Shown here one piece after another: positions 26,170-32,000 of a stretch of 32,000 bases of DNA. The stretch spans positions 5,064,086-5,096,085 of the forward strand of contig NZ_LT707065.1 in NCBI RefSeq assembly GCF_900156745.1, read 5' to 3'. The notes below the pieces were generated by a model. It saw nothing but the letters and a program-made list of their open reading frames with translations, made no database searches and was not told the DNA's origin. A program made the translations under genes and the position numbers. Numbering within the stretch: the stretch's first letter is position 1; every line of letters starts with the position of its first letter. This DNA comes from Achromobacter sp. MFA1 R4. GTDB lineage: Bacteria; Pseudomonadota; Gammaproteobacteria; Burkholderiales; Burkholderiaceae_B.

Positions 26170-26910
26170 TCAATGCAGAATCTGACTCAAAAACAGCCTG
26201 GTTCTTTCATTCCGCGGATGATCGAAGAAGTCGTCCGGGTTGTTCTCTTCGATGATCTCGCCACGATCCATGAAGATCACCCGGTTGGCGACCTTGCGCG
26301 CGAAGCCCATTTCATGCGTCACGCAGATCATCGTCATGCCGCTTTCCTGCGCCAGCGTGACCATCACGTCCAGCACCTCCTTGACCATTTCGGGATCCAG
26401 CGCGGACGTGGGTTCGTCGAACAGCATGACCTTGGGATTCATGCACAACGACCGCGCGATCGCCACGCGCTGCTGCTGGCCGCCGGATAGCTGCCCGGGG
26501 AACTTGAGGGCCTGGTCCGGGATGCGCACGCGCTCCAGGTATTTCATGGCCGTGGCTTCGGCCTGGGCGCGGGATTGCTTGAGGACCCACATGGGACCCA
26601 GCGTCAGGTTTTCCAGCACGGTCAGGTGCGGGAACAGGTTGAAATGCTGGAACACCATGCCGACCTCGCGGCGGATGGTCTCGATGTGCTTCAGATCGCT
26701 GGTGAGCTCCGTGCCGTCGACGATGATCTGGCCTTTCTGGTGTTCTTCCAGCCGGTTGATGCAGCGGATCATCGTGGACTTGCCCGAGCCCGAGGGCCCG
26801 CATACCACGATGCGTTCACCCTGGGCGACGTTCAGGTTGATGTTGCGCAGGACGTGGAACTGGCCGTACCACTTGTTGACGTCCTGCAGGCGAATGATGG
26901 CATCGGACAT
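26170..26910 (-). CDS. aapP: General L-amino-acid ABC transporter ATP-binding protein
   Basis: Walker [10 protein letters not shown], signature [15 protein letters not shown] and Walker [12 protein letters not shown]. An AAGGAGA SD precedes the ATG at 26910. It is the last gene of the aapJ-..-QMP operon. Confidence 0.9.
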   Translation of the reverse strand: MSDAIIRLQDVNKWYGQFHVLRNINLNVAQGERIVVCGPSGSGKSTMIRCINRLEEHQKGQIIVDGTELTSDLKHIETIRREVGMVFQHFNLFPHLTVLENLTLGPMWVLKQSRAQAEATAMKYLERVRIPDQALKFPGQLSGGQQQRVAIARSLCMNPKVMLFDEPTSALDPEMVKEVLDVMVTLAQESGMTMICVTHEMGFARKVANRVIFMDRGEIIEENNPDDFFDHPRNERTRLFLSQILH

Positions 26911-26928
26911 GCCTGGTCTCCTTCGGAT

Positions 26929-28029
26929 TTACCGGGCGTGCCCGGTGGCCAGGCGCTGCTCGAGCGCGCGGCTGTATTTGGACATGGAATAGCAGAAGAC
27001 GAAGTAGATCAGCGAGATGAAGAGATAGGCCTCCACCCCGAAACCTCGCCACGCCGCGTCGGACAGGGCCGCCTTGGCCGCCAGCGTCAGGTCGAAGATG
27101 CCGATGATCACGACCAGCGACGTGTCCTTGAACAGGCTGATGAAGATGCCCACCAGCGGCGGAATCACGATCTTGAGCGCCTGCGGCAGGATGATCTTGC
27201 GCATCTGCTGCCAGTAGTTCAGGCCGAGCGAGTCCGCGCCTTCGTACTGCCCCTTCGGGATGGCCTGCAAGCCGCCGCGCACCGTTTCGGCGATGTAGGC
27301 CGCGGCGAACATGATGATGGCGATCTGTGCGCGCAGGAGCTTGTCGATGGTGAAGCCTTCGGGCAGGAACAGCGGCAGCATGACCGAGGACATGAACAGC
27401 AGGCTGATGAGCGGCACGCCGCGGATCAGCTCGATGTACACGACGCACAGCGCCTTGATCGCGGGCATTTTCGACCGGCGTCCCAAGGCCAGCAGCACGC
27501 CGATCGGAAAGGCGAAGGCGATGCCGAAGGTGGCCAGGATCAAGGTGAGCGGCAGGCCGCCCCAGCGGGCGCTTTCGACGTAGGTCAGGCCGAATACGCC
27601 GCCCCACATCAGCACGGCCACGGCCGCCAGGCCCAGCGTCCAGATGAGTGCGAGCTTGCCGTTCCAGAAGCGGCGCATGCCGCTTGCCACGATCACGGCG
27701 ATGAGGATCACGGTGGCGATCAGCGGCCGCCATTGTTCGTCGAAAGGATACGTGCCGAACAGAATCAGCCGGTGCTTTTCAATGATGAAGGCCCAGCAGG
27801 CGCCGCCGGAGGCCCGGCATTCCTGCGCGTTGGCCGCGTCGAAGTTCGCCTTGATGAAGGCCCATTCCACCAGCGCCGGCACCGCCATCAGCAGGCCCCA
27901 CGCCAGCAGCACGGTGATCAGAAGATTGAGCGGCGACGAGAACAGGCGCGCCCGCATCCAGGCCCAAGCGCCGGTCTGCGCGCCGGGCGGGGCGAGGTCC
28001 GCGCCCAGGGTTTGCGTAGTGTTGCTCAT
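26929..28029 (-). CDS. aapM: General L-amino-acid ABC transporter permease
   Basis: A 366-aa polytopic permease with the EAA region IPKGQYEGADSLGLNYWQQMRKIILPQALK. Its size and position match AapM. Confidence 0.85.
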   Translation of the reverse strand: MSNTTQTLGADLAPPGAQTGAWAWMRARLFSSPLNLLITVLLAWGLLMAVPALVEWAFIKANFDAANAQECRASGGACWAFIIEKHRLILFGTYPFDEQWRPLIATVILIAVIVASGMRRFWNGKLALIWTLGLAAVAVLMWGGVFGLTYVESARWGGLPLTLILATFGIAFAFPIGVLLALGRRSKMPAIKALCVVYIELIRGVPLISLLFMSSVMLPLFLPEGFTIDKLLRAQIAIIMFAAAYIAETVRGGLQAIPKGQYEGADSLGLNYWQQMRKIILPQALKIVIPPLVGIFISLFKDTSLVVIIGIFDLTLAAKAALSDAAWRGFGVEAYLFISLIYFVFCYSMSKYSRALEQRLATGHAR

Positions 28030-28030
28030 C

Positions 28031-29221
28031 TCAACGCTCCACCAGCGCGATGCGCTTGTTGTACCAGTTCATGAATATCGAGATCGACAGGCTGACCGTG
28101 AGGTAGGCGCCCATGATGATGAGGATGCCTTCGATGGCCTGGCCGGTCTGGTTCAGCGTGGTGTTCACGACCGACACGATGTCGGGGTAGCCGATGGCCA
28201 CCGCCAGCGAACTGTTCTTCAACAGGTTCAGGTACTGGCTGGTCATCGGGGGGATGATGACGCGCAGCGCCTGCGGCAGGATCACCAGGCGCAGCACCAG
28301 GCGGCGCGGCAGGCCCAGCGAGCCGGCGGCTTCCCACTGGCCGTTGTTGACCGCCTGGATGCCCGAGCGCACCACTTCGGCGATGAAGGCCGAGGTGTAG
28401 ACGGTCAGGCCCAGGAAGAGGGCGACGAACTCCGGCGTCAGCGTCAGCCCGCCGACGAAGTTAAAGCCCTTGAGCGCCGGCATGTCCAGCGTCAGCGACG
28501 CGCCGCTCGCGAGCCAGCCGATGAGGGGGAACGCGACCAGCAGGCCGATGGCAGTGCGGCCCAGCTTGAACGGCTGCCCGGTCGCCTCCTGGCGCTTGGT
28601 GGCCCAATGCCCCAGGACGACGATCGCCACGATGGCCAGCGCCAGTCCGCCCAGCATCCAGTCCAGCGACGCGCCTTCCAGCCCCGGCACCTTCAGCCCG
28701 CGATTGGAGATGAAGACGCCCGGGAGCGGATGGTGCGCCTGCCGCGGACCCGGCATGTTTTCGGTGATGAGCGCGTACCAGAAGAAGAGCTGCAACAGCA
28801 ACGGCACGTTGCGCATCACTTCGACGTAAACGGAGGTGATCTTGTTGACCAGCCAGTTCTTGGACAAGCGGCCTACGCCGATGAAGACGCCCAGGACGGT
28901 CGCGGCCACCAGCGCCAGCAGCCCGACGCGCAGCGTGTTCAGCACCCCGGCGAAGATGGCCCGCCCGTAAGTGTCGGCGGGAGAGTAGGCGATGACCGTT
29001 TCGCCAATGGCAAAGCCCGCCTCGCGATTCAGGAAGCCGAAACCGGTCGAGATGTTGCGCAGCGACAGGTTGTGCAGCGTGTTGTGCACCAGGAACCAGA
29101 CGGCGGCCCCGACGAGCGCCAGGGCCAGCGCCTGGTAGACCAGCGCGCGCGTGGCCGGGTCGTTCCAGGAGACCCGGCGCGGCGGCCGCTGCGCCGGGCG
29201 TTGAGCGATATGCGGCGCCAC
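28031..29221 (-). CDS. aapQ: General L-amino-acid ABC transporter permease
   Basis: A 396-aa polytopic permease with GTG start at 29219-29221 and the EAA region VNNGQWEAAGSLGLPRRLVLRLVILPQALR. There is a 1-nt gap to aapM. Confidence 0.85.
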   Translation of the reverse strand: MAPHIAQRPAQRPPRRVSWNDPATRALVYQALALALVGAAVWFLVHNTLHNLSLRNISTGFGFLNREAGFAIGETVIAYSPADTYGRAIFAGVLNTLRVGLLALVAATVLGVFIGVGRLSKNWLVNKITSVYVEVMRNVPLLLQLFFWYALITENMPGPRQAHHPLPGVFISNRGLKVPGLEGASLDWMLGGLALAIVAIVVLGHWATKRQEATGQPFKLGRTAIGLLVAFPLIGWLASGASLTLDMPALKGFNFVGGLTLTPEFVALFLGLTVYTSAFIAEVVRSGIQAVNNGQWEAAGSLGLPRRLVLRLVILPQALRVIIPPMTSQYLNLLKNSSLAVAIGYPDIVSVVNTTLNQTGQAIEGILIIMGAYLTVSLSISIFMNWYNKRIALVER

Positions 29222-29224
29222 GGT

Positions 29225-30433
29225 TCAGCCCGCCATCAAGGCGCTGACCGCGACGGCCAGGCGGTCCATGCCTTGCTCGATGACCTCGGTGGAGGTCGCG
29301 AACGAGAAGCGCACATAGGGCGACAGGCCGTACGAACCGCCGTCGATCACGGCCACACCCGCTTCGCGCAGAAAAAAGAGGCTCACGTCCAGGTCGGTCT
29401 TCAGCTCCCCGTCGGGGCCTTTGCGGCCGATCAGGCCCTGCACGTTGGCGTACACGTAGAACGCGCCGTCCGGCATGGCGCACGAAATGCCCGGAATGTC
29501 GTTCAGGCGGCGCACGATCAGGTCGCGGCGGGCCTTGAAGATCTGGACCATCTCCGCGACGCTGGACTGGTCGCCTTCCAGGGCGGCCTGGGCCGCGGCC
29601 TGCGAGATCGCGCTGGGGCATGACGTGCTTTGCGACATGACCGTGCTCATCGCCTTGATCAGCTCGGCCGGGCCAGCGCCATAGCCGACGCGCCAGCCGG
29701 TCATGGCGTAGGACTTGGACATGCCGTTCACCACGAGCGTGCGTTCGATGAGCTGGGGCTCGACCTGCACGGGCGAGGCGTGCGCCTGGCCGCTGTAGGT
29801 GAAAGGCGCATAGATCTCGTCGCTCAGGATCCACACGTGCGGATGGCGCAGCAGCACGTCTGTCAGCGCGCGCAGTTCGGCGGCGCTGTAGACGGCGCCG
29901 CTGGGATTGCTGGGCGAGTTCAGGATCAGCCAGCGCGTGCGCGGCGTGATGGCCGCTTCCAGCGTGGCCGCGTCCAGCTTGAAGCCCTGCGATTCGGGGC
30001 CGGTCACGACGACCGGCTTGCCTTCGCCCAGCAGCACCATGTCCGGATAGGACACCCAGTACGGCGCGCACACGATGACTTCGTCGCCCGGCTCCAGGCT
30101 GGCGGTCAGCGCGGCGGCGATGATCTGCTTGGCGCCCGCGCCCACGGCGATCTGGTCCATGCCGTAGCGCAGGCCCAGGGTCTGTTCCAGGCTGTTGGCG
30201 ATGGCGCGGCGCAGGCCCACCGTGCCGTTGGGGCTGGTGTAGCGGATGTCGCCGCCGGCGATGGCGTCCTGCCCGGCGCGCGCGATGTGCGCCGGCGTGG
30301 GCATGTCGGGCTCGCCCAGCGTGAAGTCGGCGATCTCGCGGCCCTGGCGGCGCAGTTCGTCCACGACGATCTTGGCGGCCATGCTGGGCGAGGGTTTGAT
30401 CTGTTTGAGTCGGGCGTTGACGATGCTGTTCAT
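29225..30433 (-). CDS. Class I/II pyridoxal-phosphate aminotransferase (aspartate aminotransferase-like)
   Basis: The PLP-lysine motif NGMSKSYAMTGWRVGY and the N-terminal FTLGEPDMPTP are present. The start is ATG 30433 (MNSIVNARL) or GTG 30478, and neither has a clear SD. Confidence 0.85.
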   Translation of the reverse strand: MNSIVNARLKQIKPSPSMAAKIVVDELRRQGREIADFTLGEPDMPTPAHIARAGQDAIAGGDIRYTSPNGTVGLRRAIANSLEQTLGLRYGMDQIAVGAGAKQIIAAALTASLEPGDEVIVCAPYWVSYPDMVLLGEGKPVVVTGPESQGFKLDAATLEAAITPRTRWLILNSPSNPSGAVYSAAELRALTDVLLRHPHVWILSDEIYAPFTYSGQAHASPVQVEPQLIERTLVVNGMSKSYAMTGWRVGYGAGPAELIKAMSTVMSQSTSCPSAISQAAAQAALEGDQSSVAEMVQIFKARRDLIVRRLNDIPGISCAMPDGAFYVYANVQGLIGRKGPDGELKTDLDVSLFFLREAGVAVIDGGSYGLSPYVRFSFATSTEVIEQGMDRLAVAVSALMAG

Positions 30434-30530
30434 GGTGTTGCTGCGTAAAGGTGTTTCAGGGGCGGGCCGCGCCCGCACGCCAGGAAAATAGGGCGGCTGC
30501 GCGTGAGGCGCAGCCGCGTCATGCCGGGAC

Positions 30531-31547
30531 TTAACGCACCGGCCAGCCGTACATCAGGCCGCCTTGCGTCCACAGCTTGTTCAGGCCGCGCTCCAGCTTG
30601 AGCGGGCTGTTCTTGCCCATCGCGCGGTCGTAGCTTTCGCCGTAGTTGCCGACCTGCTTGATGATGTTGTAGGCCCACTTGTCGTCCAGGCCCAGGTTCT
30701 TGCCCATGCCCGGCGTCACGCCCAGGATGCGCTGGACGTTCGGGTTGGTGCTCTTGAGCATTTCATCGACGTTCTTGGACGTGATGCCGTATTCCTCGGC
30801 TTCGAGCATGGCGTTGAGCGACCAGCGCACGACGTTGAACCACTGTTCGTCGCCCTGGCGGACCATGGGGCCGAGCGGCTCCTTGGACAGGTTCTCGGCC
30901 AGGATTTCCCAGTCGTCCGGGTTGGCCAGGCGCGTGCGCATGTTGGCCGCGGTGTTGGACTTGTCGTTGGTGTAGGCGTCGCAGCGGCCGGATTCCAGCA
31001 GGCGGAAGTTCTCGTCGTAGTTCTCGACCAGCACGGGCTTGAAGCTCAGGCCGCGGCTGCGGAAGTAGTCCGACAGGTTCAGTTCGGTGGTGGTGCCGGG
31101 CTGCACGCAGATGGTGGCGCCGTCCAGTTCCTTGACGCTCTTGACGTTCATCGCCTTCTTCACGATGAGGCCCTGCGCGTCATAGAAGTTCACGCCCACG
31201 CCGATCAGGCCCAGCGTGGTGTCGCGGGTCAGCGTCTGCGTGGTGTTGCGCGACAGCATGTCGATCTCGCCCGATTGCAGCGCGGTGAATTTCGCCTGCG
31301 CCGTCAGCACGTTGCCCTTGACCTTGGAGGCGTCGCCGAACATCGCGGCCGCCACGGCGCGGCACATGTCCACGTCCAGGCCGGTCCATTCGCCCTTGCT
31401 GTCGAGCACCGAGAAGCCGGGAATGCCGGCAAAACCGCATTGCAGGAAACCCTTTTTCTTGACGGCGTCGAAGGTCACGCCGGCCTGCGCGCCGGAAGCA
31501 ACGCACAGCAAGGTCGCCGCGACGGCGGAGCTCAGAAACTTGCGCAT
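30531..31547 (-). CDS. aapJ: General L-amino-acid ABC transporter substrate-binding protein
   Basis: It has the signal peptide MRKFLSSAVAATLLCVASGAQA. The 338-aa type-3 SBP has the conserved C-terminus LWTQGGLMYGWPVR. It is the first gene of the operon. Confidence 0.85.
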   Translation of the reverse strand: MRKFLSSAVAATLLCVASGAQAGVTFDAVKKKGFLQCGFAGIPGFSVLDSKGEWTGLDVDMCRAVAAAMFGDASKVKGNVLTAQAKFTALQSGEIDMLSRNTTQTLTRDTTLGLIGVGVNFYDAQGLIVKKAMNVKSVKELDGATICVQPGTTTELNLSDYFRSRGLSFKPVLVENYDENFRLLESGRCDAYTNDKSNTAANMRTRLANPDDWEILAENLSKEPLGPMVRQGDEQWFNVVRWSLNAMLEAEEYGITSKNVDEMLKSTNPNVQRILGVTPGMGKNLGLDDKWAYNIIKQVGNYGESYDRAMGKNSPLKLERGLNKLWTQGGLMYGWPVR

Positions 31548-31943
31548 GGAGATTTCTCCTGGAGATCGAAAGTGCTTGAAAAAGCGGATGGGTCGGAAAC
31601 GGCCAAGCGTGCGGGGACCGCCCCGGCAAAGCCGGGGAGGGCGCGTCGCGCATTCGGACGGGGGTCGAAAAGGGATGTGAGGCAGGCAGGCCGGCGGGGC
31701 CGGTCAGTCGTCGCGCCGGTGCCGGCGCGTGGTGTAGCGGTGGTACGTACTGCGGAGGGTAAGAATGGGGCTCATCGGCGGCACTGGTACGTCATGGGTC
31801 TAGTGGCGGCGCGCGGGTCGAGGGCCGGTATCGCGGCCGACGCCGTGCGTCATCCAATAAGACGTATGATGGCAGCCGTCATACAAGTAGACAAGTAAGG
31901 GGATTCCCGTAATTCGACACACGGGAAGGGTCTGGCTTCGGTG

Positions 31944-32000
31944 TTATTGCGCCGGCGGATGGGACAGCAGCTTGCGGTAACGCGCAATGCTGTCGCCCAG
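31944..32000 (-). CDS. 3' end of an unidentified gene (partial, continues off the right edge)
   Basis: The minus strand reads ...LGDSIARYRKLLSHPPAQ-stop (TAA, complement of 31944-31946). A 7-bp hairpin (31904-31927) follows. Only 18 codons are visible. Confidence 0.3.
   Translation of the reverse strand: MGDSIARYRKLLSHPPAQ

Noticed and set aside
26575-31898. Long ORFs 26575..28074(+), 27644..29623(+), 28461..30071(-), 29630..30448(+), 30564..31898(+)
   Set aside because: All are antisense or off-frame to the aapP/M/Q, aminotransferase and aapJ genes, which carry clear family motifs. Their translations are Arg/Gly/Ala/Asp/His-rich with no motifs.

Overview
High-GC chromosomal window, probably from a betaproteobacterium. 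The Burkholderiales-type porin, monomeric IDH and aapJQMP genes suggest Alcaligenaceae such as Achromobacter or Bordetella, but this is inference only. Most of it is housekeeping or metabolic: two LysR regulators with divergent target genes (an FMN-dependent alpha-hydroxy-acid dehydrogenase; an acyl-CoA synthetase/MFS/thiolase-like/DUF35 operon), a TlpA-type thiol:disulfide reductase, a polar amino-acid ABC transporter, monomeric isocitrate dehydrogenase, threonine dehydratase ilvA, a DUF1624 membrane protein, a porin, and an aapJQMP-type general amino-acid ABC operon with an embedded aminotransferase. There are two accessory insertions. One is a higBA-like (HigB-2/HigA-2 type) toxin-antitoxin pair at 10.47-11.14 kb. 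The other is an Rhs polymorphic-toxin island of about 7.9 kb (18.3-26.1 kb). It contains a full-length 1646-aa Rhs protein with an unassignable N-terminal region and an unassigned 119-aa C-terminal toxin tail plus immunity gene. It also contains a decayed Rhs core remnant, a truncated aldo/keto-reductase fragment, a promoterless orphan Rhs-CT/immunity cassette that repeats about 0.8 kb of the main gene, and a lone immunity-like gene. The ORF track misses a 20-codon Ile-rich leader peptide with terminator and antiterminator immediately upstream of ilvA. I saw no rRNA, tRNA, CRISPR array, transposase or integrase. Many long ORFs in the track are antisense or off-frame artefacts of the high GC content.
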